From IMG/VR virus record IMGVR_UViG_3300044858_001593, positions 1 to 32,417 of that record: a DNA stretch of 32,417 nucleotides. The stretch is one strand, 5' to 3'. The position numbers were made by a program, and so were the translations under genes. Below are positions 19,098 through 27,090 of this stretch, one piece after another. The stretch is from a virus. Lineage: Duplodnaviria > Caudoviricetes. Each line of letters opens with the position of its first letter. The first letter of the stretch is position 1. The notes below the pieces were generated by a model. The model had not been told where the DNA came from and did no database searches. It worked only from the letters and a program-made list of their open reading frames with translations.

Positions 19098-19284
19098 CAA
19101 GCCCCTCACACGTGAGATACCTATCTCCGTGCTCCGCAAATGGGTAGACGACCTCGGGGTAATCGTTGACAGCATCGACAAGGCCAAGACGTTGCAGGAA
19201 TGCCGTAGGGAGATGAACGAAATCTGGGAAGTGGCCTCTGCTATCGACGATGAATATATCGAGGGGTACCGTGTCACAAAGTAA
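19090..19284 (+). CDS. Hypothetical protein
   Basis: GAGGTG SD, 64 aa. Confidence 0.65.
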   Translation: MTDKPLTREIPISVLRKWVDDLGVIVDSIDKAKTLQECRREMNEIWEVASAIDDEYIEGYRVTK

Positions 19285-19459
19285 ACGCGGACGACCACGG
19301 GGCCGGAAACCATGTTACAATCCAAACGTTATATTCCGCATACCTGAAGAGCATAACAACCACCTGAAGAGCATTGCAGAGGCCGAAGGCATAACCAAGT
19401 CGGCACTGCTGCGGCAACTGGTAATCGAGTACATTAACTATTACACGGAGAACAACTGA
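19271..19459 (+). CDS. Ribbon-helix-helix (CopG/Arc-like) DNA-binding protein
   Basis: 'KRGRP' arm then 'VIFRIPEE....LKSIAEAEGITKSALLRQLV'; GTG 19271 after GAGGGG. Confidence 0.75.
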   Translation: MSQSKRGRPRGRKPCYNPNVIFRIPEEHNNHLKSIAEAEGITKSALLRQLVIEYINYYTENN

Positions 19460-20316
19460 TGATCTGGAACCTGCACAACCACGAACGGCCTGCACCGCTG
19501 TTCCGTTACGACGACGGAGGCGACAGGTTCTATGCGCGGGTGAATGACGTTGACGTCAAATGGTATCCTTCCGTCACGCGTATCATCAAGGCCACCTCAC
19601 CAACGCCGCCAGGGCTGATGGCATGGTATGCCAAGCATGGCATGGAAGGCGCCAACCAGCTACGTGACGAAGCCGCTGAACGCGGGACACAGATGCACAT
19701 ATTGTTTGAGCGTTACATGGCAGGGCAAGTCATAGAGATGACAGCATTGTCTGAGTTCCACAGCAAGTCCCTAATGTCATTCGATGCGTTCTTCCGCAAA
19801 GACGTCGATGAAGTGTATGCTGTTGAGATGCTTTTATACAGTGACCGGCACGAATACGCTGGCACATGTGACCTCGTATGTCGACTACGCAATGGCAAAA
19901 TCGCCATAGTTGATTTCAAGAGTGGATCGTCTGTATACGACGACTATGCTGTCCAGCTGGAGATGTACCGGCTCGCATGGAACGAACACGCCGAAGCGCA
20001 CGGCTGGCCTGCCGTTACTGAGATATACAACTGGCTCCCTAAAGACTGGCGAACCGATCCAACGTGGACGTGGAAACGTCAGACAGGCGAGGTAAGTCTA
20101 AACGAGATTGCAGCACGGTGCCTGCTGTTCAAATCAATGAACGGCACACTACGAACGCCAAGAGAAAAGAAAATCTACACGGGAACTTTACCTGGACAAG
20201 CGACCATCGAGATTGTGCGCCCTGAAGACATCGCACGGGCTGCCTACGAACGGCTGGCAAAGAACGACGAAACATTGACTGACGACGACTGGCTTCTCTC
20301 CGTGGGCCACTCGTAA
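19459..20316 (+). CDS. PD-(D/E)XK exonuclease (RecB/Cas4-like phage nuclease)
   Basis: 'PSVT.II', 'RGT.MH...E', 'YAGTCDL', 'IVDFKSG', 'QLEMY'. Confidence 0.9.
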   Translation: MIWNLHNHERPAPLFRYDDGGDRFYARVNDVDVKWYPSVTRIIKATSPTPPGLMAWYAKHGMEGANQLRDEAAERGTQMHILFERYMAGQVIEMTALSEFHSKSLMSFDAFFRKDVDEVYAVEMLLYSDRHEYAGTCDLVCRLRNGKIAIVDFKSGSSVYDDYAVQLEMYRLAWNEHAEAHGWPAVTEIYNWLPKDWRTDPTWTWKRQTGEVSLNEIAARCLLFKSMNGTLRTPREKKIYTGTLPGQATIEIVRPEDIARAAYERLAKNDETLTDDDWLLSVGHS

Positions 20317-20322
20317 ACCGTG

Positions 20323-20368
20323 CCGGTGTCTGTTGTGGTTGACGGGCACCGGTGCGTATATTTTTTTT
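20323..20368 (+). terminator. Putative intrinsic terminator
   Basis: 12-bp stem with G-U pairs (20323-34/20341-52), loop GTGGTT, T8 tract shortly after. Confidence 0.5.
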
Positions 20369-20393
20369 CAGCCACATAAATTCGGAGACCCTT

Positions 20394-20891
20394 ATGGGCA
20401 ACCACATATTAACAGCGCTGGTACAACGTAAAAGCCAGCTATGGAAAGAGCTCGAAGCAATCGAGGCATTTGAAAACGCGATGGCACAGAACAACACAGA
20501 CGCGTTCACTGCTGTGCCAGAGGCCAAGCCGAAGCGGGCAGTTCAGCCTGTGCAACGTAAACCAATGCGTTTAGTACAAATGGACAAAATGCACAAGGTT
20601 AAAAATATAATTGATAAAACGCTCCATAAGATAATGGAGAAGGTATACCATGAGGCAGGCGGTTACGAATACTTTAATGAGTTAGAAAAACACGCTGCCG
20701 GTAGAAGATATATTACTCTGTCAAAAACAAATAATTACTTACGTGCGATGGATTATTCAGACAGCAAAGGTAAGAATGAAGTAAAATTGTGTAGCGTACC
20801 ACGCAACTACACTTGCGAAATCGCGCGTGAGGCCTTGATTCAAATACATGAAGCAACAAAAATTCTTAACCCACTTTCAAAAACCTTTTAA
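20394..20891 (+). CDS. Hypothetical protein (N-terminal coiled coil, AT-rich 3' half)
   Basis: CGGAG SD before ATG 20394. Confidence 0.65.
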   Translation: MGNHILTALVQRKSQLWKELEAIEAFENAMAQNNTDAFTAVPEAKPKRAVQPVQRKPMRLVQMDKMHKVKNIIDKTLHKIMEKVYHEAGGYEYFNELEKHAAGRRYITLSKTNNYLRAMDYSDSKGKNEVKLCSVPRNYTCEIAREALIQIHEATKILNPLSKTF

Positions 20892-20902
20892 GGACACCTA
20901 CC

Positions 20903-21556
20903 ATGGGTTTTCAATCATCATCAGTAGCTACAGGAGCTACATATTTTACCCTCAGCGATGGCAAGTGCCGTATACGCCTTCGTGAGGCCACAGCAGAGTC
21001 TGTATCTCGTGTAACCAAAGACGGGAACACTGTGCACGAATTAGTGCACGATGAGTTCACAGGTCTCGTGCGGGCCATCGAGGTTGCCGATACCGACTTC
21101 GGTAAGCAGTGGCGGATCACCTTCGTCGATGCGCCTTATACCTACGTTCTCACACTCAAGTACAGTTCTAACTATGGCAAAACACTTATACAGGCGCTCT
21201 GCAATCCCGAGTGGGATGCAACGCTGGACACAACAGTCAAGCCCTATAGCTTCAGCCCTAAGGACGACGCCAGCAGAGTCATCACCGGCTGCACTGTCTC
21301 ACAGCGTGGGAAGAAAATCGAGCGCCTCTACTGTAGTTCCATCAACCCAGTCGATGGCAAGATCATACTGCCGGACTTGGAAAAAGTCAAGGTACGCGGT
21401 CAGGAGATATGGGACGACACGAAGCAGATGGAGTTCCTACTCTCTGAGTTCCAAGCTAAGGTGAGCCCAAAGCTACAACGCAACGAACGTGTTGTTGCCG
21501 TCAACGAAACGTTACCACCATCTTTAGGAGACGACGATGCAACGCTCCCTTTCTGA
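20903..21556 (+). CDS. Putative single-stranded DNA-binding protein
   Basis: SSB-type acidic-aromatic tail 'DDDATLPF'; lies in the recombination/replication module. Confidence 0.6.
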   Translation: MGFQSSSVATGATYFTLSDGKCRIRLREATAESVSRVTKDGNTVHELVHDEFTGLVRAIEVADTDFGKQWRITFVDAPYTYVLTLKYSSNYGKTLIQALCNPEWDATLDTTVKPYSFSPKDDASRVITGCTVSQRGKKIERLYCSSINPVDGKIILPDLEKVKVRGQEIWDDTKQMEFLLSEFQAKVSPKLQRNERVVAVNETLPPSLGDDDATLPF

Positions 21557-22040
21557 TGTGTGGAAGCAACTCTGTGAGCATAGCGATCCAAAAATGCTTG
21601 CCTACATCCCTATTGTACAGCACATTGCAGCACGCAAGGAAGGTAACTGCATCCAGTTAAGAATACAGGTAATACGCAACAACGTAAGATGTACCCGCAC
21701 CGTTGCCTGTGGTAACTTCATCGCCTTCGTAAGTGCATTTAACAAGCTGCAGGAAGAACTGGCAACGTTTATAGAATCCAACGGGGCCGTAGTGCCAGCG
21801 AAGGATCCAAACTACGATCAGCGACAAATCACGATCATCAAGAAATACCTTGACAAGAAACGTGCTGAGTACGCCGAAACCGAGGCTGCCAAGAGGCTGG
21901 CACAGGAGATTCACATTAGCAAGACCATTGGCAAGGTTCGCCCTATGATTGACTACGTGCTGAACAGGTACCGACCTGCCGTCGATCAGTTCGCATACGC
22001 TAACGTATATGGACGACCAGTAGAGAAAATTTTTTACTAA
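21537..22040 (+). CDS. Hypothetical protein
   Basis: AGGAG SD, 167 aa. Confidence 0.65.
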   Translation: MQRSLSDVWKQLCEHSDPKMLAYIPIVQHIAARKEGNCIQLRIQVIRNNVRCTRTVACGNFIAFVSAFNKLQEELATFIESNGAVVPAKDPNYDQRQITIIKKYLDKKRAEYAETEAAKRLAQEIHISKTIGKVRPMIDYVLNRYRPAVDQFAYANVYGRPVEKIFY

Positions 22041-22114
22041 CCAATAAGCAGGGTATGCCCCTGCGTGTCGGTAGTAAATACCAACACAGCAACGCCTGTG
22101 GTGGAGTTTGGAAC

Positions 22115-22152
22115 AAGGGCCGGTTGTGGAAGGCCGGCCCTTAATTTTATTT
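22115..22152 (+). terminator. Intrinsic terminator
   Basis: AAGGGCCGGTT-GTGGAA-GGCCGGCCCTT then AATTTTATTT. Confidence 0.65.
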
Positions 22153-22170
22153 AACACATACCGTTAAACT

Positions 22171-22386
22171 ATGAACCTCCCCCTCGACATCGCCGTATGC
22201 ATAGGCGGCCCCTGTGCTCAGAAAGACAAGTGCGCCCGCTGGGTTGTCTACGACAGCTTAGTAAGAGCCAAGCAAGACGGCAAAACAGACTTCGACCCTC
22301 GGGTCATCATCACGACCCCACCGTTCACATACGACGATGGGTGTTTCTATTTTATGCCAACAACACGGAGTGAGCATGAAAGTTAA
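22171..22386 (+). CDS. Small Cys-rich hypothetical (possible Zn-binding)
   Basis: 'DIAVC.G..C..K..C.RW...C.YF' pattern. Confidence 0.65.
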   Translation: MNLPLDIAVCIGGPCAQKDKCARWVVYDSLVRAKQDGKTDFDPRVIITTPPFTYDDGCFYFMPTTRSEHES

Positions 22387-22879
22387 TGAGACTTTATACG
22401 AGCATTTCAGCAATTTTTTACCACAAATTGCTGAAAATATAAAAATATGGCATAGTATTAATGGGTATTACGATGTTTCAGGTTTACCTGATCATTTTTT
22501 AGCTAATAAAAAAGGAGTAATACCAGCGCATAGATTGTTATGCTATGAAATAAGATATAAGGATCATGTGTACAGTCCTTGCCATTGGTGCGGTTATCCA
22601 CTTTTTTGGAAAGTTAAATACTCGGGTACTAATAAAGTTCAAAGCATGGTCGTGAATGTTGACCATATTGATGGTAACAATGCAAACAACGATCCATTGA
22701 ATTTAATAGCATCATGCTATTGGTGTAACTCAAACAGATCATGGGCAGATAAAGATTTTTTTGAAAGCTGCATAAACGAGTATAAAACCGTTGCTCCATG
22801 GATGAGGCCATCGATGGTGGATCTTGGGAAAATGTATTACAAAAAAACAGCACATGAATTATTGGAGAAAACACCATGA
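22376..22879 (+). CDS. HNH endonuclease (possible homing endonuclease)
   Basis: 'HR', 'CHWCG', 'VDHIDGNNANNDPLNLIASCYWCN'; ACACGGAG RBS; visibly AT-rich. Confidence 0.88.
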   Translation: MKVNETLYEHFSNFLPQIAENIKIWHSINGYYDVSGLPDHFLANKKGVIPAHRLLCYEIRYKDHVYSPCHWCGYPLFWKVKYSGTNKVQSMVVNVDHIDGNNANNDPLNLIASCYWCNSNRSWADKDFFESCINEYKTVAPWMRPSMVDLGKMYYKKTAHELLEKTP

Positions 22880-23079
22880 ACCGCGATGACTTCCGCAAAG
22901 CCCTCGATGCTGAACGTGAGCTAATCATCTCACGTCCTTCGCCTCTGCCCCCCTGGGCACGTCAGGCTGTCGTATACACTACAACGCTGGCCTTCGTGGC
23001 TGCAGTGGCTGGAATCGGTGCCGTAGCACTGGGGATAGCTTACGTGGCTATCAAGTTGTTAGCTTTCATAATTCTTTAA
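22876..23079 (+). CDS. Small membrane protein
   Basis: Long hydrophobic C-terminal half; GGAG SD and ATGA coupling. Confidence 0.65.
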   Translation: MNRDDFRKALDAERELIISRPSPLPPWARQAVVYTTTLAFVAAVAGIGAVALGIAYVAIKLLAFIIL

Positions 23080-23103
23080 CATCTACACACGGAGAACAAC
23101 CAC

Positions 23104-25245
23104 GTGCAAGTGATACGTCTATCGATTAACAAAACTGTTGTCAACAAGGCCGCAACACGTCAGGATTGGGTAGCACTAAGCGCCCAGCTCTCACCTGTCG
23201 AGATGGTCAGCGATGACATCATCAACCACCTCGTAGGTCACGGGTGGCCTATCTGCTGTGCTGACCTACACGTCGATCAGAAGACAGGGTTTGCAAAGCG
23301 TAACGGGGATGCTTTCAAGTCTGCACAGATCGTGGGTGTCGACGTCGACAATGGCAAGCACAGCTTCGACGACATCGAGGCAGACCCATATTTCCGTAAG
23401 TATGCTTCGTTCGCATATACGACAGCCTCGCACACGGCAGAGAACCCACGTTATAGGGTTATGTTCATAACCGAGGAGCCCATACGCAACGCCAAAGACT
23501 ACAAGGCCATAACTACCGCCCTGGCTGAACGCTTCGGAGGCGATACCAACGCACGGGATGCAGTACGCATCTGGTTTGGTGCTAAGAACGCACAGATCCA
23601 TGTCTGGGGTAACATCCTGACCATGGATCAGATCGCGGACATGACAGACGGCCATGAGGAAGCACGGGATCTGGAGATCGCTTTCAACGCCTTTGGAGGT
23701 ACCAAGCCTAACGTCGACCAGATCAGGGCCATGCTACGTGTCATACCTAAGCAGCAGGATCACATCCAGTGGAAGAAAGTAGTGGCAGCAGTAGCACACG
23801 CCCTGGGTGACGATAAGATGGCCGCACAGCTCCTCGAGGAGTGGTCACCGATGTCTGGAGGCCTGACGTATGCCGATGTTCTGAAAAATAAGCTAACACG
23901 GGTGACCACTGCCACGCTGTACTATTACGCCAAGCTACACGGTTATGAGGTACCCAAGGACATCATCAAACTTGAGACCAAAGACCCCACCGAGATCCTC
24001 GACAAGGTTGAAAGCTATCTTTCAAGTGGTTACGAGTTTCGCAAGAATGTCATCACAGGCAAAATCGAGCTCAGGGGTGACAACGACGTAAAATTTGAAG
24101 CCTTGACGGACTACTGGGTGCACAGTCAGCTTCGTAAGATGCGGAAGATAGGCATCAAGATCACCAAAGAGCGCATGAACGAAGTGCTCGACAGTGATTT
24201 CGTACCTAAGCACGACCCTATCAAATCCTATTTCGAAGGTTTGGACGAGTGGAAAGCAGGCGATCGCAATTTCATCCGTGATTATGTCCAGCTACTGCCA
24301 CACGATGCCGATATCGACGATGGAAAGCACAACTCAGCCGAAGTACAGCATGCCATATTCGAGATGATCATCGAGAAGTGGCTCATAGGGGCCGTGGCCG
24401 GTGCTTTGGATCACAAACCGAACCACATCATGCTAATTCTACAGGGGGGGCAAGGGATAGGCAAGACGACCTATCTACGGCACCTATGCCCTGTTGAACT
24501 TCGCCAAGACTATTACCATGAGGGCAGCATCTCGGATGACAAGGACGTCAAACTGATCATTGCCAGGTCGTTCATGGTCGTAGATGACGAACTGGAGTCG
24601 ATGACCAAAAAACAGCACGAATCTATCAAGGCCATCATTACTTCCGACACTATGCGCCTGCGGTCTCCTTACGATAAGTATGAGACTACGTACGCCAGAA
24701 GATGCTCCTTTGCAGGATCTGTTAATAGGCGAACGTTCCTAAACGACGAGACCGGATCGCGCCGGTTCCCTGTCATACCGGTAGGGGGCAACATCGACAT
24801 TACCTCAATACGGCAGTTTGACATCGACGGTCTGTGGTCGCAAGCTGTGGCCTATTATCGTGAAGGCAAGCGTTACTGGTTTGATGATCGGGAGATAAGC
24901 AAGATCAACGACTGGAATAAGCACTTCGAGGTGTTGACACAGTATGATGACCTAGTGTCCAAGTACATAACGCACAAGCCGGAGGGCTCAGGGGCTCACG
25001 TGCCTTTCCTGACTACATCCGAGGTGGCATCACAGCTGGCGAACCGTGTCTACGATGAAGAGAAGATATCCCTGCAAATCAACGATAAGTTCATTTACGG
25101 GCTTGGAAGGGCATTAGCCAAGGCCAACATACCCCGCATAGCTAAAAAGACCACGACGGGCACGCGAAGGGGCTACAACGTTATTATAGGCACGAAGTCT
25201 TCAGCACATTCACAGTTTACTGTCGATGAGGAAGGGGAATTCTAA
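23104..25245 (+). CDS. Primase-helicase: N-terminal primase-like, PriCT-2 and VirE/VapE P-loop ATPase domains
   Basis: 'GVDVDNG...YTTASH....PRYRV'; 'W.KV..AV...EEWS'; Walker A GGQGIGKTT; Walker B VVDDELE; 'FLNDETGSRRF'. Confidence 0.92.
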   Translation: MQVIRLSINKTVVNKAATRQDWVALSAQLSPVEMVSDDIINHLVGHGWPICCADLHVDQKTGFAKRNGDAFKSAQIVGVDVDNGKHSFDDIEADPYFRKYASFAYTTASHTAENPRYRVMFITEEPIRNAKDYKAITTALAERFGGDTNARDAVRIWFGAKNAQIHVWGNILTMDQIADMTDGHEEARDLEIAFNAFGGTKPNVDQIRAMLRVIPKQQDHIQWKKVVAAVAHALGDDKMAAQLLEEWSPMSGGLTYADVLKNKLTRVTTATLYYYAKLHGYEVPKDIIKLETKDPTEILDKVESYLSSGYEFRKNVITGKIELRGDNDVKFEALTDYWVHSQLRKMRKIGIKITKERMNEVLDSDFVPKHDPIKSYFEGLDEWKAGDRNFIRDYVQLLPHDADIDDGKHNSAEVQHAIFEMIIEKWLIGAVAGALDHKPNHIMLILQGGQGIGKTTYLRHLCPVELRQDYYHEGSISDDKDVKLIIARSFMVVDDELESMTKKQHESIKAIITSDTMRLRSPYDKYETTYARRCSFAGSVNRRTFLNDETGSRRFPVIPVGGNIDITSIRQFDIDGLWSQAVAYYREGKRYWFDDREISKINDWNKHFEVLTQYDDLVSKYITHKPEGSGAHVPFLTTSEVASQLANRVYDEEKISLQINDKFIYGLGRALAKANIPRIAKKTTTGTRRGYNVIIGTKSSAHSQFTVDEEGEF

Positions 25246-25919
25246 TGCTGTTCACACGTGACGAATTGGTAGAGATGGGGCTTCTGAGTCCAGTTGCCAA
25301 ACCTAGGTTGCCGGATTGCCAGAAGGTTGTCAGTTCAGACGAACAGGTGGCAACCGACCTATCCCCTTTGTTTATATATACTTACTTCTCTAGGTTGCTA
25401 GGTTGTAAGAATATATTAGAAGTAGAAGGAGAAATAAATGAAAAGTATAGAGTGAAAACTATAGTTTCACCCTGCAACCTAGCAACCGAGAGGATGCTGG
25501 ATTTCCTCGTAAGTCAATGGTACCGTTACAGTTGCGACGATTTGGCGTCGGTTGCTACGTCAGGTGGCACCTTGCAACCTAAAAACATAGATGCTGTCGT
25601 CGAGGCAACCCGAGGTACGTATTTGTACGACGTGCTATCTGTTGATTGGGAGTATTTTAAGCGATATAAACAGCCACCAGGCGACGCGTGGGATGGGTTC
25701 TTACCAGACGACGGCCCTGATATTCATCAGTTCACCGCTACCGAGGCCAGACTAATCCCGAGCCATGAGGTACTGGAGTCGGCCGTGGTGGAACGTTGTA
25801 GAGTCAAGGCTGGCAAGACCATGCTGTCCCTGATGTATGAGCATAACGTCGACGACTACACATGGTTCGAAGGTACCGACGGACTGTGGCACTGTTACAA
25901 CAACCAAGGGATGCAATGA
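25245..25919 (+). CDS. Hypothetical protein overlapping the putative origin
   Basis: TAATG coupling upstream and ATGA coupling downstream; no recognisable domain. Confidence 0.5.
   Translation: MLFTRDELVEMGLLSPVAKPRLPDCQKVVSSDEQVATDLSPLFIYTYFSRLLGCKNILEVEGEINEKYRVKTIVSPCNLATERMLDFLVSQWYRYSCDDLASVATSGGTLQPKNIDAVVEATRGTYLYDVLSVDWEYFKRYKQPPGDAWDGFLPDDGPDIHQFTATEARLIPSHEVLESAVVERCRVKAGKTMLSLMYEHNVDDYTWFEGTDGLWHCYNNQGMQ
25290..25612. repeat. Putative replication origin: GGTTGC/GCAACC iteron cluster around an AT-rich core
   Basis: About 13 exact or one-mismatch hexamers; inverted repeat 25388-25407/25473-25492 flanking an A-rich spacer; directly after the primase-helicase gene. Confidence 0.65.
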
Positions 25920-26347
25920 GAGAGATAGACGATCTGGACTGGGATGCGAGCGAGCACAGGCTGCTGGATGAGCTGAAGGCTGCCAAGCGTGCCAAGGCTG
26001 CCAAGAAAGCATCTGGGATTATACCCGAACGGGTAATACAGAAGGCCATAGCAGACCAATTATGCCTTATCGGGTATATGGTGGTGCGGGTGAACAGCAG
26101 CACACAACAGCTGGAACACGGGACACGGCTATCATCGTACCGCGTGGTGAACATCAACGCCACATCGGGCCATGCTGACCTGGCTGTCTATCGTGATGGC
26201 AAGGCGTGGATGTTAGAAGTCAAAGCCGCACGCGGTCGTAAGTCAGATTCACAGGATAGGTTCTCGGACTGCTGCCTGCGCTATGGCGTACCCTATGGGA
26301 TCGTCAGATCTGTCGACGATGCCATCGAGTTCGTCAAAAAGAATTAG
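25916..26347 (+). CDS. VRR-NUC domain nuclease (Holliday junction resolvase-like)
   Basis: 'E..IQ.AI...L', 'G.ADL', 'LEVKA..G..S..Q..F', 'VRSVDDA'. Confidence 0.88.
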   Translation: MREIDDLDWDASEHRLLDELKAAKRAKAAKKASGIIPERVIQKAIADQLCLIGYMVVRVNSSTQQLEHGTRLSSYRVVNINATSGHADLAVYRDGKAWMLEVKAARGRKSDSQDRFSDCCLRYGVPYGIVRSVDDAIEFVKKN

Positions 26348-26355
26348 GGGTTTTT

Positions 26356-26655
26356 ATGTTATACGAGTTGATCTTATCGGACGTATGCACACTTTGCGGT
26401 GTGACACTTGAGGAGGCGTTCAGCGCCACACGACGTGCTGACGTCGTACGTGCGCGTTCTATCACGTGGTATATCCTGAGCAAACACTACGGGTGGACGC
26501 TAACCTCGATTGCCAAGCACAGCCAAAAGCACCATGCTACGGTCTTGCACGGCATCGCCAGCATCGAGGATGCCTACCTGATGTACAGCGACGTGCGGTC
26601 GGTCGTTAACGACATACAACAAATCAACTATGCCAGCCTTATGAGGGGCTTGTGA
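26356..26655 (+). CDS. Stand-alone DnaA domain IV (C-terminal HTH) protein
   Basis: 'S.TRR..VVRAR...YIL....TL.SIA....KHHATVLHGI..IE' parallels DnaA 'SKRR...V.RPRQ.AM.L...SLPEIG..F..RDHTTVLHA...IE'. Confidence 0.85.
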   Translation: MLYELILSDVCTLCGVTLEEAFSATRRADVVRARSITWYILSKHYGWTLTSIAKHSQKHHATVLHGIASIEDAYLMYSDVRSVVNDIQQINYASLMRGL

Positions 26656-26658
26656 TGT

Positions 26659-26667
26659 TGTGGATAA
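26659..26667 (-). promoter_or_regulatory. Perfect DnaA box (TTATCCACA on - strand) upstream of terS
   Basis: TGTGGATAA in the 45-bp intergenic gap. Confidence 0.7.
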
Positions 26668-26700
26668 GTGACCAACTATTAAGTATAACTTAATAGCTGA

Positions 26701-27090
26701 ATGAACCTAACACCTTCACAAGAGGCCGAACTGAAACGTCGTGCACGCGCCATGATGGGGTGGACTGCCCTGTCACGGTGGTGCTCGGTTCTGTTGAACC
26801 GTGACGTGCCGGTAAGCGAGTTGAAGGCTGACTATGCCCTCATGATAGAGAACGAACGCAATGACGTCAGGTTCCAGCTGGCACAGACACAGATCGACAA
26901 GGCGCTGTCAGGGGATAATACGATGTTGATCTGGCTGGGCAAACAGCACCTAGCACAGACGGACAAGGCAGCTACGGAGGTATCAGGCAAGACAGACATC
27001 AGGATAGTGCTCGCCCCCACACATGAGGAACCCAAACACATCGAGGATGCAGAGATTATCGCCATAGGCCCGAAGGACGCTTCGTTGTGA
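26701..27090 (+). CDS. terS: Terminase small subunit
   Basis: 'Q...ALSGDNTMLIWLGKQHL.Q.DK' motif; immediately upstream of terL. Confidence 0.85.
   Translation: MNLTPSQEAELKRRARAMMGWTALSRWCSVLLNRDVPVSELKADYALMIENERNDVRFQLAQTQIDKALSGDNTMLIWLGKQHLAQTDKAATEVSGKTDIRIVLAPTHEEPKHIEDAEIIAIGPKDASL

Noticed and set aside
19459-20316. CRISPR-associated Cas4
   Set aside because: No four-Cys Fe-S motif and no cas context; an ordinary phage PD-(D/E)XK nuclease.
22041-22170. tRNA gene
   Set aside because: No T-loop GTTCRA, acceptor stem or CCA arrangement.
4848-22602. Additional DnaA boxes (TGTGGATAG near 4848, 7894 and 12053; TTATCCACT near 22594)
   Set aside because: One mismatch each and inside coding sequence; compatible with chance.
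25290-25612. CRISPR or mini-array
   Set aside because: Repeats are about 6 bp, in both orientations and irregularly spaced.
26356-26655. dnaA pseudogene or host contamination
   Set aside because: Intact ORF with its own start inside a phage operon; no AAA+ remnant or dnaN neighbourhood.
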